DNA from: an uncultured Actinomycetes bacterium
GTDB taxonomy: Bacteria > Actinomycetota > Actinomycetes > Streptosporangiales > Streptosporangiaceae
Direction: 5' to 3'
Assembly: GCA_963699015.1 (NCBI GenBank)
Contig: CAVOSX010000008.1
Span: 241,804-305,803, forward strand
Length of the DNA stretch: 64,000 bases
How positions within the stretch are numbered: position 1 is the first letter of the stretch; each line of letters begins with the position of its first letter. Below are positions 45,063 through 56,334 of this stretch, piece after piece. The translations under genes and the position numbers were made by a program. The notes beneath the pieces were generated by a model that was given only the letters and a program-made list of their open reading frames with translations, was not told the DNA's origin and searched no databases.

Positions 45063-47924
45063 GTGCGGTCAGGACCATTGCGAGGTCGTAGCGAGCCGAT
45101 GGCCAGTGCGCTGTCGGCGCTACGTAGTGCGAGCCAGCACGGAACCAGTTCCAGCGTATTGATCTCCGGGCCGCCCGGGATCGGCAAGACCGCGCTCCTC
45201 GCGGAACTCTGTGAGCACGCGACCCGCATGAAGATCCGGGTCGGCCGCAGCAAGTGCGAGCCGATCGAGCAGGTCTGGCCTGGGGCCCCGGTGATCGCGG
45301 CGCTGCGAGCGGGGCCGGACCCGCTGACCACGGCGGAACAGTACGAGCCGATCGCTGGAGTGATCAGCGAACCGCTGCTGCTCGCCGACCGCATCGCGTG
45401 CCGCCTGGAAGACCTCGCCGCCGTGCATCCGCTGCTGGTTGCGATCGATGATCTCCAGTGGGCCGACCGGGTTAGCCGGTTCCTCCTGCGCAGCCTGCTG
45501 CTGCGACTGGCCGGCCTGCCCGTGGTGTGGATGTTCGCCAGCCGCGATGACCCCGTCGGGATCGATCTGGCCGGCCCCGACATCGTCCGCTGCGAGCACC
45601 TTCACTTGGCGCCGCTGACAACCCCCGACCTGGCGGCGATGGCCCGGGACCAGCTCGGGCGGGTTCCAGACGAGCGGACCCGCCGCTACCTGGATGCCAC
45701 CGGCGGCAACCCCTTCCTGGCCACTCAGGTCATCGACAGCCTGGCGCGCTCGGCCGCAAGCGGGGAGCCCGGCACCGCTGCCGGTGAGTTCACCACGGCA
45801 ATGGCGCGCCAACTCGGCGGTCTCCCCGGTTCGGCACGCGAGCTAGTGGAGCTGGTCGCGGCCGCCGGACGGCCGTTGCGGGTACGTGACGCGTTCGCGC
45901 TGATGCCCAGCCTGTGCAGCTGTGACGGTCAGGATGGTCTCGCCGGTGCCGTCGGGTCTGGGGTGATCACTGTGTCCGCGGATGCCCTGGCCTTCCGCCA
46001 CGACCTGGTCCGGGAGACGGTCTACGCCCTCCTGGCTAGCCATCGTGCCCGTCAGCTGCACGCCCGCCTGGCTGAGTACCACTTGAGCGTGCTCGGTGAG
46101 CCGCTGGTCGCCGCCTTCCACGCCCGGGCGGCGGCGGTGCCCGGCGACCTGGCCAGCGCCCTGATCCTGGTCTCCGCGGCGGAGACCCTGGCCCGCACGA
46201 GTGCCGAGGACGCAGGGGAACTCGCCACGGTTGCCTTCGGCACGGTGCTCCCTGCTCAGCCGGAGTGGCTGGACCTGAGCCGCCGCTGCCTGTCGGTGTT
46301 GTGCTGGGCTCAGCACGCCGCCCAGGCGATCACCGTCGCCGATCAGATCCTGGCCCGCGTCGACGACGCTAACCTGGCTGCACAGGTCGAGACCGAAGCC
46401 GCCCGGGCCCTGTGGCTGAGCGGACAGGTCCACGACCTGGCTTCCAGGATCGAGAAGACCCTGTGCAGCAGCGACCTGGACGCGCTGGTCACGGTCCGGC
46501 TGCGCGCGGCGTACGCGCTGGCACGGACCCGGTCGCTACCCGGCGGGTCGGCGGCCAGGGAAGCGGCGGGCGCGGTGGAGCAGGCCCGCGACAGTGGCGA
46601 CCGGGAGGGGCTCACCCTGGCGGTGCAGGCGGCCGGTGAGGCAGCCCGCAACCAAGGGCGCCACCTGGTGGCGTTGCAGCATTTCCGTGAGCTGCGCAGT
46701 CTCACCGGCGCGCCGTACCTGGCCGAGGAGATCACCGCGCTGCAGTTCGTGGACCGCTACGACCACGCCCAGGTCCTGCTCGATCAAGCTCACGCCAGCT
46801 GCGCCGCCACTACCGAGGCTTTGCTGCCGGGTGCCGCCTGCGCGCAGATGTGGCAGGACTTCAATCTCGGGCGCCTCGACGACGCGGACGCCCGCGCTCG
46901 CACGCTGATCGAGCTGGCCCGCCAGCTCGGCACCAGCCTGCACCTTCTCGATGCGATCACGGTCCGGACGGCGGTCGCGCTGTTGTGCGGCGAGACTGAG
47001 ATCGCCGCAGCCCAGCTGCGGCTTGCGGACACGCTCACCGACGCCGACGAGGCCATCCGTAACCCGGGCATCACCGTGATGCGCGGCTGGCTCGCCGCCA
47101 GCCGCGGCGATCTGGCCGCAGCACGGGACACGCTGCGACCGGTCCTGCAAGGTGCAGAACAGGGCCGCAGCTACTGGCCGCTGTGGCCGTGCTGGAATGG
47201 GCTGTTCTTCCAGGTCGGTACCGCCACCGGCGATAACACCTTCACCGCCTCCTGCCTGGATGTCGCCGAAGCGAACGCGGCTCACAATCCCGGCGTGGCC
47301 AGCTTCGAGGGCGTCGCCCTCAACCTGCGCGGGCTGGGCAAACAGGACCTGGACGTCCTGGCCGAGGCGGTGCAGGTCCTCGACCGCAGCCCGCGGCCGG
47401 TCCTGCGTGCGGTCGGCGCCGAGTCGTATGGACGCGCTCTGCTCGCCGCCGGCCGCCGCTCCGACGCGCTTGCGCAACTCGACCGGGCCTGGGACGAGTA
47501 CCACCACATGGGAGCCTGGGCCTTCCGCAGCGACGTGCAGCGCGCTATGCGCCAGGCCGGCGCGCGCCGCACCAAATGGTCTACCGCAACCGCCGCGCCG
47601 GCAACCGGATGGGCTTCCCTCACCGACGCTGAGCGGCGCGTCGCCAACCTCATCAGCGAGGGACACGCCAACAAGTCCGCCGCATCCGCCCTGGGCGTCT
47701 CCATTAACACCGTGGGCACTCACCTCCGCGCCGTGTTCGCGAAACTCGGCGTGCAATCCCGCGTGCAACTGGCTAACTACCTGGCGAGTTACGCCAGCGA
47801 GGTCCCTGTCAACTCGGTACGACGGCTGAATTTATCGCCGCGACCCTGCGAACCCATCATCACCCATGCTCGGCGTGCGGATCCCCCGGCGATTGGAGCG
47901 ATCGGCCCGCGACAAGCCTCGTGA
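45063..47924 (+). CDS. large ATP-binding LuxR-family (LAL/MalT-like) transcriptional regulator
   Basis: N-terminal P-loop ISGPPGIGKTALL. Long helical (TPR-like) middle region. C-terminal LuxR HTH LTDAERRVANLISEGHANKSAASALGVSINTVGTHLRAVFAKLGVQSRVQL. 953 aa. Confidence 0.85.
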   Translation: MRSGPLRGRSEPMASALSALRSASQHGTSSSVLISGPPGIGKTALLAELCEHATRMKIRVGRSKCEPIEQVWPGAPVIAALRAGPDPLTTAEQYEPIAGVISEPLLLADRIACRLEDLAAVHPLLVAIDDLQWADRVSRFLLRSLLLRLAGLPVVWMFASRDDPVGIDLAGPDIVRCEHLHLAPLTTPDLAAMARDQLGRVPDERTRRYLDATGGNPFLATQVIDSLARSAASGEPGTAAGEFTTAMARQLGGLPGSARELVELVAAAGRPLRVRDAFALMPSLCSCDGQDGLAGAVGSGVITVSADALAFRHDLVRETVYALLASHRARQLHARLAEYHLSVLGEPLVAAFHARAAAVPGDLASALILVSAAETLARTSAEDAGELATVAFGTVLPAQPEWLDLSRRCLSVLCWAQHAAQAITVADQILARVDDANLAAQVETEAARALWLSGQVHDLASRIEKTLCSSDLDALVTVRLRAAYALARTRSLPGGSAAREAAGAVEQARDSGDREGLTLAVQAAGEAARNQGRHLVALQHFRELRSLTGAPYLAEEITALQFVDRYDHAQVLLDQAHASCAATTEALLPGAACAQMWQDFNLGRLDDADARARTLIELARQLGTSLHLLDAITVRTAVALLCGETEIAAAQLRLADTLTDADEAIRNPGITVMRGWLAASRGDLAAARDTLRPVLQGAEQGRSYWPLWPCWNGLFFQVGTATGDNTFTASCLDVAEANAAHNPGVASFEGVALNLRGLGKQDLDVLAEAVQVLDRSPRPVLRAVGAESYGRALLAAGRRSDALAQLDRAWDEYHHMGAWAFRSDVQRAMRQAGARRTKWSTATAAPATGWASLTDAERRVANLISEGHANKSAASALGVSINTVGTHLRAVFAKLGVQSRVQLANYLASYASEVPVNSVRRLNLSPRPCEPIITHARRADPPAIGAIGPRQAS

Positions 47925-50688
47925 GGTGCACACGGGAATTGACGCCGAGCTTTTCGAAGACGTGGCGAAGATGAGAGTGGACGGTGTGCGGGGAGACGAA
48001 GAGCTTGTCGGCGATCTCCCGGTTGGTGCATCCATGCGCGGCAAGATTGGCGACCACGGACTCGGCTTCGGTCAGTGCCTCCCATCCGGTGTTCGGCCGG
48101 TCGATTTTGGCGGGACGCCGTCGCACGCCGAGACGGCGTAGCCGGCCCCGAACGCGTGCACCATCCCAGCTCGCCCCGACGCGTGCCGAAATCGCCAGCG
48201 CCTTGTCGAGCGCGGCGATTGCCGGCGCGTTGTCGCCGCGTTGCGCCAGCACCCGGCCGAGGTCTTCGAGCGCGGAAGCATGGGCAAGAGGGCGAGGTCC
48301 GCCCCGATAGAGCGAAACTGCGCGCTCGAGATCCTGCACGGAGTCGCTCCAGACGCCTCGGGCGTGCGCCGCTGCTGCAGCGCACGAAGGGACATCTGGG
48401 TTGAGGCTCGCGCGTCGTTCAGCGACCGAGATCCCGTGTTCTGCGAGTTCCTCGTCACCGACCGCTGCGGCGATGCGCACGCGTTCGGCGTCGTATGCGA
48501 CCTCATGCGGGAAGAGCGGGAACATCGAGAGCCGCTCCTCATATCCGTAGGAGCACAGCCATTCGTGCGCCTGCATCGGGTTACCCTGGGACAGCGCGAG
48601 GAGCGCGAGATACCACATCGCATGATGCCGGACGCAGGGCGCCCTCGCCTGCAACATGATCTTCGCGATCTCGGCAGCCTCCAGCGCGCCGACCCCGTCT
48701 CCAGTGTGGATCTTGAGTGTGCCGAGCGCGACGACCGAAGGCGCATGGAGGGCTCCGGCGATGAGATGGGCTTCCTCAGTACTAAACCGGCCTTCGAGCG
48801 CGAGCGCCGCCTCGGCGAAGTTCCCCATCTGCAGCATCTGCCGGCCACGTGTGGTCTCGAAGACGCGCAGCGCCCAGTTCTGCCGGTCACGCTGGGCGGC
48901 GATCACCCCGGCGTCGATAGCCTGAAGCGCGTCCTCGTACCGATCGGTTGCTGCGAGAATCCATGATCGGAGCATGTGCGCGAGACGAGCCCGCGCGTCG
49001 CCTTGGCCACCAAGCTGACGGCGTTCTGCAGTCAAGAGAACCTCGAGCGAGCGCCGAAAGTCGAGCAGCTGGTACGCCAGTCCCGACTCCGGGACCTCAA
49101 ACGCGAACCGGCACACCTCGCTCGTGCTCGCGTACGCAGCCTCGCGGGCACTCGCCTCGACGTCGAGCGCCTCCTCCTTCCGTCCCGCCACGCTCAGGCT
49201 GTGGTACAGCGCAGCCCAGAGTTCGGCGCGCAGATCCGTGGGCAAAGCCGGAAGAGCGAGACCAGCGCGGGCGTTTTCCGACCGGACCTCGGGAGAGAGG
49301 TCGAACATGCTGGCGAGGCTGGCACGTACCCTCGCCTCTTCCTCCGCAGACATCGCCTGCCGGAGCGCAGAATCAGCGAACCGCTTTCCCTCCTCCGCGA
49401 GGCCAGCTGCGAAAAGTGACACGACCCGCTGGGCGACCAGCGGACCCCGGAGAGGGTGACGGAGTGGGGTCAGGTCGAGCGCGTTCGCGGCTAGCTCAGC
49501 TGCCGCGGCGGGATCGGAAGCACCGAGGATCTGAGCTGCCTTGAGCGCCGTCTCAATCGCGACGACATCGCCCGGTTCTGCGCTTTCAACGAGCTGGGTA
49601 GCTACCTCTACCGGGAGCGCACCGCGTGCCAGCAGCACGTCCGCGGCCTGCCGGTCAACGGCACGCCGGACCGGCGACAGCAAACTGCCGCGAACGGCCT
49701 CCCGGATGATGTCGTGCCGGAACGCCAACTGACCGCCGTCGTCAGCGAAAATATCGGCCTGAACAAGCTCGTTGACCGGGTCGATCAGCTCCGTAAGCGA
49801 CATACCGGTCAGCGCAGCCAGGTCGTGAACGGTAAACCTGCGTCCGAGGCCCGACGCGAACGTCGCAGCGCGTTCTGATGCCGGCGACATGCGCGCAAGC
49901 CGCCCGCGCATGCTGTCACTCACGCGATGGGGCAGTCGGTCCTCGGCGAGAGTCGCGCGGCCTGAATCGAGCGAAACGAGGAGATCGTCCTGGAGTCCGC
50001 GGAAGAACTCGACAAGCAGGAACGGATTTCCCTGGACCCGGTCCGCCTTCTGGAGTAGTTCGTCATCCGCCTCCACGCCGAGCACGTCGGCCGCGACCTG
50101 CGCGACCGCTTCGCGCTTGAGCGGCGCCAACCGAATAAGCTCCGCTCCGGACTCGATAAGCGCGGCCTTCGCCTGCTGCATCTGATGCAGGCCCTGGCCG
50201 GGCCGAAATGCCATCACCCACGCGACAGGAAGCGGCGAGAGGCGCAAAGGGAGCTGTCGCATTGCGACCGAGAGACTGGTCTCGCCCCAGTGCAGGTCAT
50301 CAAGACAGATAAGCACGGGATTCTTGAGCGCGGCCGCCTCAATGAGGGACTGCACGTCCTGGAGGAGCCAGAACAAGAACTCCGGAGAAGCGTGAACGTC
50401 ATTGAGCGCGCGCCTGTCAGCGAGCGGTGAATCCCCTTCAAACAACGCGTCGAAGAGGGCACCCAGCTCGATTACCCGCCCTGGCTCGGCCGCTCCTCGC
50501 CCGACCCGAAACGAGAGCTCCCCAGCCAGCGATACGCACTCGTCGAGCAACCTCGTCTTGCCGAGCCCGGCGCTTCCCTCCACCACGACCACGCAACCGG
50601 TACCGGCCCGGACTTGGACCAGCCGCCGACGTATGATCGCGAGCTCCTGCTCACGTCCGCGGAGAGGAGGACGGAACGGAGCGTCCAT
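47860..50688 (-). CDS. large ATP-binding LuxR-family (LAL) transcriptional regulator, convergent with and overlapping the previous one by about 65 nt
   Basis: P-loop VEGSAGLGKTRLL. C-terminal HTH LTEAESVVANLAAHGCTNREIADKLFVSPHTVHSHLRHVFEKLGVNSRVHL. 942 aa. Confidence 0.85.
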   Translation of the reverse strand: MDAPFRPPLRGREQELAIIRRRLVQVRAGTGCVVVVEGSAGLGKTRLLDECVSLAGELSFRVGRGAAEPGRVIELGALFDALFEGDSPLADRRALNDVHASPEFLFWLLQDVQSLIEAAALKNPVLICLDDLHWGETSLSVAMRQLPLRLSPLPVAWVMAFRPGQGLHQMQQAKAALIESGAELIRLAPLKREAVAQVAADVLGVEADDELLQKADRVQGNPFLLVEFFRGLQDDLLVSLDSGRATLAEDRLPHRVSDSMRGRLARMSPASERAATFASGLGRRFTVHDLAALTGMSLTELIDPVNELVQADIFADDGGQLAFRHDIIREAVRGSLLSPVRRAVDRQAADVLLARGALPVEVATQLVESAEPGDVVAIETALKAAQILGASDPAAAAELAANALDLTPLRHPLRGPLVAQRVVSLFAAGLAEEGKRFADSALRQAMSAEEEARVRASLASMFDLSPEVRSENARAGLALPALPTDLRAELWAALYHSLSVAGRKEEALDVEASAREAAYASTSEVCRFAFEVPESGLAYQLLDFRRSLEVLLTAERRQLGGQGDARARLAHMLRSWILAATDRYEDALQAIDAGVIAAQRDRQNWALRVFETTRGRQMLQMGNFAEAALALEGRFSTEEAHLIAGALHAPSVVALGTLKIHTGDGVGALEAAEIAKIMLQARAPCVRHHAMWYLALLALSQGNPMQAHEWLCSYGYEERLSMFPLFPHEVAYDAERVRIAAAVGDEELAEHGISVAERRASLNPDVPSCAAAAAHARGVWSDSVQDLERAVSLYRGGPRPLAHASALEDLGRVLAQRGDNAPAIAALDKALAISARVGASWDGARVRGRLRRLGVRRRPAKIDRPNTGWEALTEAESVVANLAAHGCTNREIADKLFVSPHTVHSHLRHVFEKLGVNSRVHLTRLVAGRSLQSPGDPHAEHG

Positions 50689-51755
50689 CCTTCAAAGGGT
50701 ACTCGGGGGATCGATCGGACCTCTGAACGCCATAGCTCGACGCTGGCGGAGTAGCCCGACCGAACACTTAACACCGCAACGGCTATGGCTCCGCGGGCCC
50801 GGGTTCCAGCCTGCGCTCGTGGACGATCAAGTCAGAGGTTGTCTGCACGCGAGGCGTCACATGGCCGGGATCTCTGCCCAGAAGGTAATAACCGCACGGC
50901 CGAGGAGATGACCGCTGAGGTTGATGCTGAAGCCGGGCCAGGCTGGAGTCGAGCCGGCCTGCCGCGCGGCCGAGTCAGCCCAGACCCATCTTGGCGTCGA
51001 AGGTCTCCAGGTTCTCCCGCTCTCCGGCGGTCAGGTTCATCGGGAACGGCGGGCTGACCACGCCGCCGTCGGCGGGATCGGGCATCGGCACCCAGCCGGC
51101 CGGGGGGTCGCGGCGTCCCGGCGTCATCGCCAAGACCAGGCCCGACTGCACGGCGCCGAGGGCAAGCACGCCGAATGCGAGGATCCGCCAATCTTCAGCG
51201 CGGGACGAATGCCCGATGCGGCCCGGGGGGATTCGCCGCTAGGTCCGGACGGCGGGCGAGCGGAGCGGCCATGATGGATTGTCCTTTCCGTTAGCAGGCG
51301 GTTGCGGCCGCCCGCGGTCACGGTGGGCGAGCCTTCCCGGCAAACCGCGTGCTGACTGGCCTTGGCCGGGCAGGCTGGCTGCCGTTCTTTAGTGCGAGTA
51401 TCGGCCCGGGCAGCATGAGCCAGCACCGTCAATATTGACGGTCATCCTCGAGACGCTGCAGTGGTCCCTGATGGTGCAGCAGAGCCTCGAAGATCATCTG
51501 ACGGTCGTTCTCAACGCAGACGGGTGCGCCATCACGGTCGGCGGCGGCGAACTCCTGGTACTGCAGTCCCGGCAGGCCGCAGCGCTGCACTTTCGCGGGA
51601 AGTGCAGTCAGGTTGCTGATACCCCGCCGTCACGGCCCAGGCACAGACTCAGAACGTGCGGATGGCTGGCGCTGACCGGGCCGCCGGGGCATTCTGCCGC
51701 TTCGCCGCATGCGCCGCAACGGGCGCGCTCACCATGCCAGGAAGGGGAGATTTTC

Positions 51756-52606
51756 ATGAACATCACCGCAATCACGCCGGTACACCGGCTGCGCCTTATC
51801 GTCATAGCCGCGGTCGCGGCCATAGCCGGACTGGTCATCCCGGTCAGCCAGTTCGCCTCGGCCCGTACGGGCAGCCCGGCCGGCGCGGGTGGCGGGCCCA
51901 AGCCCACCATCGTGCTGGAGCACGGGGCGTGGGCTAACAGCAGCAGCTGGAACGGAGTCATCCGCCGCCTGCAGGCTGACGGGTACACCGTGGATGCGCC
52001 GCCGAACCCGCTCCAGGGGCTGGCATACGACCCGGCCTACCTGGCTGACTTCCTGCACAGCATCTCCGGCCCGATCGTCTTGGTCGGGCACTCCTACGGC
52101 GGGGCGGTCATCACCAACTCCGCTACCGGCGACGACCAGGTCAAGGCCCTCGTCTACGTGGACGCCTTCGCACCCGCACAGGGCGAGACCCTCGCGCAGC
52201 TCCTCGCCGGCCACCCCGGGTCGTGCGTTACGCCGGCGAACCTTAAGGTCGTCCCACTCCCCGGTGCTCCCGCGGGCGCCGGCGACGCCTACATCAAGCA
52301 GAGCGTGTTCGCGTCCTGCATGGCCAACGGCCTGCCCGCGAGCCAGGCGGGGGTTGCCGCCGCCACGCAGAGTCCGCTGGCCACGATCGCGCTGACCCAG
52401 AAGTCCGGGTGCCGGCTTGGAAGACGATCCCGTCCTGGGCAGTGGTAGGCACCGCTGACCATGCCATTCCGCCGGCGTTGCAGCTATTCATGGCCCACCG
52501 GGCGCACGCCCGCATCACCGAGGTCCGCGCACCGCACCTGTCGATGATCTCCAACCCTGGCGTGGTAACGAACGTCATCCTGCGGGCCGTTCATGCCACC
52601 TCCTAA
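51756..52606 (+). pseudogene. SABP2/methylesterase-like alpha/beta hydrolase (paralog 2 of 3) with a -1 frameshift near nt 52409
   Basis: ATG 51756 with GAAGGGGAGA RBS. Signal-like N-terminus. TIVLEHGAWANSSSWNGVIRRLQADGYTV…VGHSYGGAVIT in frame 0 to 52448. The conserved C-terminal …VPAWKTIPSWAVVGTADHAIPP…HLSMISNPGVV continues in frame 2 (52409-52606), exactly where paralog 3 has …GVPAWKTLPSWYLVAADDQALPP…. Confidence 0.6.
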
Positions 52607-52921
52607 CGTGCAGCATTGGCGCACGTGCCGGCTGTGAGGCCGCCAGAGGGTGCCCGCGCCGCGAGCACCCTCTGGCTGAGGCACGCGGTCATAAGGGCAG
52701 CAGGAGAATCAGCAGCGTGACCTTGAGGACATCGGTGCGCTGGTCACCGGCGCCAGGTCAGTCCGTCCGGGGTGCGGGTCAATGCCATCGGTGCCGGGGC
52801 GGTGCCGGAGCCGCGCCGGATCCCGCCGCCATCCCTTACGGCTGGGCCTCCACCCGAGCCGCCCGAACCCGTGCGAGCTCCCCGCGCAGCCGGCGCGCAC
52901 TCGTGAAAGGTAATACCGACC

Positions 52922-53281
52922 ATGATGAATAACTCGCTGTTCGCAGTCGCCATTGACTGCGCCGACGCCGCTGCCCTGGCCCGGTTCTGGGCCGGTGTGC
53001 TCGGGCGGCAGGTTGCGCCAGCGTCCACTTCCGGGCACGCTGTGCTGCTCGCCGGCGGCGGGGACACCAGCGAGCCATGCCTCGTATTCAACAAGGTGCC
53101 GGAAGTGAAGATCGTCAAGAACCGTCTCCACCTCGACCTCATCAGCGACACCTTCGACCGTGAGAGTCAGCGCCTGCTGAGCCTGGGCGCTCGCAGGCTC
53201 AGCGACCACCAGGCAGGCAAGTCTCGCTGGACCACCTTCGCCGACATCGAAGGCAACGAGTTCGACCTGATCGCCGGATAG
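52922..53281 (+). CDS. VOC family (glyoxalase-like) protein
   Basis: 119 aa. SLFAVAIDCADAAALARFWAGVLGR…LVFNKVP…NRLHLDLISDTFD…FADIEGNEFDLI, a single VOC module. Confidence 0.65.
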   Translation: MMNNSLFAVAIDCADAAALARFWAGVLGRQVAPASTSGHAVLLAGGGDTSEPCLVFNKVPEVKIVKNRLHLDLISDTFDRESQRLLSLGARRLSDHQAGKSRWTTFADIEGNEFDLIAG

Positions 53282-53392
53282 CCGGCAGGCCACCACCCGC
53301 CGCCGCGCTGCCCCCATGGTCAGGCCGCGGTCACGCTGACTAGCCTGGAGACGGCGTAGACGAACGCACTGGCCGAGGTAAAGGACAGGCGC

Positions 53393-56222
53393 ATGCCGGG
53401 CCCTGCCGGACTCCCGTCGCAGCCAGCTCGCATCATTGGCCGGGAAGCGGCACTGGCGCGGCTGCGCGGGCTCGTGGAGCCGGTCCCGCATGCCAGCCAG
53501 GTCCTGCTCGTCACCGGTGAGGCGGGCATGGGCAAGACCGTGCTGCTTGCCGACGCCGCCGGACGGGCCCGGTCGGCGGGCATGCGGGTCCTGTCTGTCA
53601 CCGGCCGGGAATCGGAGTCGAAACTCGCGTTCGCCGGGCTGCATCAGCTCCTGCGGCCGGTGCTGTCCGGTGCCGCCGACCTTCCAGGCCGGCAGGCACA
53701 GGCCCTGCTCGGGGCGCTCGGCCTTGCCGCGGACCCCGTTGCTCCTGACCCGCTCCTCGTCTCGGTCGCCGTTCTCACCCTGCTGTCGGACGTTTCGGAA
53801 CGTTCGCCTGTCCTCGTGGTCGCCGACGACGCCCAGTGGCTGGACCGCAGCTCGGTTGACGCCCTGGCCTTCGCCGGCAGCCGCCTGGACGCCGAGCGGG
53901 TCGTGCTGCTTGTCGGCGCCCGGGGGCCGGCCCCGCCCGCCGGCCTCGACCGGGGATTCCCGGAACTGCATCTGGAGCCGCTGTCTGCCGCAGACGCCGG
54001 CCGGCTGCTGGACGGGCAGCCTCGGCCGCCTCGGGGGCGGGCCCGGGCGCAGGTGCTCGCTCAGGCAGAAGGTAATCCCATGGCGCTGATCGAGCTGGCC
54101 AAGGTGGTCGCCGACGATCCCGCTGCCAGCCGCCGCTGGGCCGCCGAGCCGCTGCCCCCGACTGACCGGCTCAGTGCCGTCATCACCGCCAGGTACGCCG
54201 CTCTGCCCGAGCAGGCGCAGGCTGCCCTGCTGCTGGCCGCTGTGGCCGACGGCCCGGACCTGGCCGCGGCCGCCAGCCAGGGTGCCGGCCCGGATGCGCG
54301 GGCGCTGGCGCCGGCCGAGCAGCTCGGGCCTGGTCAAGGTAGACCGGACTGGGTTGCAGTTCTCCCATCCCCTCGTCCGCTCCGCCATCTACCACTCCGC
54401 GCCCTTCGCGCAACGGGCCGCGGCGCACCGCCAGCTCGCCGAAGGGCTGCACGACCAGCCAGACCGGCGAGCCTGGCACCTGGCCGCCGCCGCGCTGAGT
54501 CCGGACGAGCACGTGGCTTCACTGCTGGAGGCCACGGCTGACCAGGCGCAACGCCGCGGCGGCGCGGCCGCCGCGGCGCTGGCCATGGAACGCGCGGCCG
54601 AACTCAGTCCCGACCCCGAGGATCAGGCGCGCAGGCTGGTCGCCGCCGCTGCGGCCGCCGTTCCCACCGGTCAGGCAGACTGGGTCCACGATCTCGCCGG
54701 CCGCGCCCTGGAGGTCACGGCGGACCCGGAACTGCGGATGACCGCCCGCCATGCCGCCGGATGGGCGCTGGCATGGTCGGGCCGCCGCACCGCCGCGCTG
54801 TCAGCGCTCATCTCTATCGTCGAAGAGACAGCGCGGGACCGGCCGGACATCGCCTGGGATGCGCTCGGGAGCGCAGCCACCGTCGCCTACCAGTCCGGGA
54901 TGCCCGCCAGCCGCGAGGCCGTCAGCCGCGTCCTCGGCCTGCTGGAACGGCAGGGTCCGCCGCCCCCCGGCCGGGCCCCGGGCATTGATGTCAGCGTGCT
55001 GAGACTCTGGATACGCGCCAGCGCCGACCCGATCGGCAGCAGAGACCAGCTCCTCCCGTACCTGCGCGAGATCGCCGGCTCGCCCGTGGAAGAGCCCTCG
55101 TTGTGGCGGGTAGCTTCCGCCGCGTGGCTCCTGGACGAGTCCGGTGTGGCGATCACCTTGCTGGAAGAAGCCATGCAGCGGCTCCGGGCTCCCGGCGTGC
55201 GGGGTACCAGCGGCGGGAGCCTGACCGTGCTCGGGTGGGCATATATCGACACGGGGCGCTGGGACGAGGCGCTGGAGGTAGCCGCCGAGGCCGCCGGCCT
55301 GGCCGAGGCGAACCAGATGGACATCGTTGCCGCGTCCGCGGACGTGATCACCGCCACCGTCCTCGCCATGCGCGCCGAGTCCGGCGCGGCACGCAGGCAT
55401 GCGGCCAGGGCGCTCGCCGCCGTCGATCCCGCGGAATGCGGGCTGGTAGCCGCCCGCGCCCGGCGTGCCCTCGGCGTGGCCGCTCTCGCCGACGGCAGCT
55501 ACCTCCCAGCGTTCACCCAGCTCCGCGGGCTGTTCAGCGACGATGGCACGCCGCTGCACAATTACGCCTCCTACCTTGGGATGGCAGATCTCGCCGCCGC
55601 CGCGGTCCGCGCCGGCCGGCGGATGGAAGGACGCGACGTCATCGAGCACGCACTCAGCCGCCTCAACGGAATGGCCTCTCCGCGGCTCGAGCAGCTCATC
55701 GCCCGGGCCTGCGGCGTCCTCGCCGACCCAGCCAAGGCAGGAGCCTATTTCGGCGAGGGGCTCGCCGATCCCGCCGGGGACCAGTGGCCATTCGAGCGGG
55801 CACAGCTTCGCCTCGACCACGGCGAATGGCTGCGGCGCCGCCGCCGGATCAACGACGCCAAGCCGGTCCTGACCGAGGCCCTGGCAACCTTCCGGCGGCT
55901 CGGCGCCCGGTCCTGGGCGCAGCGGGCAGGAGCAGAGCTCAGAGCGTGCGGGGTGGCTGGCGCCGACGAGCCCGCCGAACCCGATGCCCTAGGGGAGCTG
56001 ACCCCGCAGCAGCGCCAGATCGTCCGTTTGGCCAGCGACGGCCTGACCAACCGGCAGATCGCCGACCGGCTCTTCCTCTCCCCGCGCACGGTCAGCTCGC
56101 ACCTGTACCGGACCTATCCCAAGCTCGGGGTAGCCGGCCGAAACCAGCTACGCGACGTGATCGCCCGCGCCAGCACGCCCACGCCGGCACACCGCAACGC
56201 CGGAAGCGAGGCTCTTCCCTAG
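53393..56222 (+). pseudogene. third LAL-type LuxR-family regulator, interrupted by a +1 frameshift at about nt 54329
   Basis: P-loop VTGEAGMGKTVLL in frame 2 to 54541. After …PAEQLG the protein continues in frame 0 (LVKVDRTGLQFSHPLVRSAIY… to the LuxR HTH LTPQQRQIVRLASDGLTNRQIADRLFLSPRTVSSHLYRTYPKLGV at 56222). One extra C in the run GGGCCTGG (54326-54331) accounts for the shift. Confidence 0.65.
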
Positions 56223-56334
56223 CTCGTTCCGACTCGCGGCAGGTATCCGCAAGGTGCAGTCATGTTTCGGATACCCCGCCTCGGTCTCGCTTCGCAGGAT
56301 GGCAGTAAGACCCGACCGCGAAGGGACCACAGAG

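Noticed and set aside
52709-54388. 559-aa minus-strand ORF spanning the VOC gene and the start of LAL 3
   Set aside because: Arg/Gly/Pro-rich nonsense translation. It overlaps two plus-strand genes with clear motifs, so it is an antisense artefact of GC content.
45063-56222. LAL regulators as pathway-specific activators of a secondary-metabolite cluster
   Set aside because: LAL proteins often sit in PKS clusters, but no PKS, NRPS, terpene synthase, P450 or tailoring-enzyme set is present anywhere in the window. The neighbours are small hydrolases and detox-type genes.
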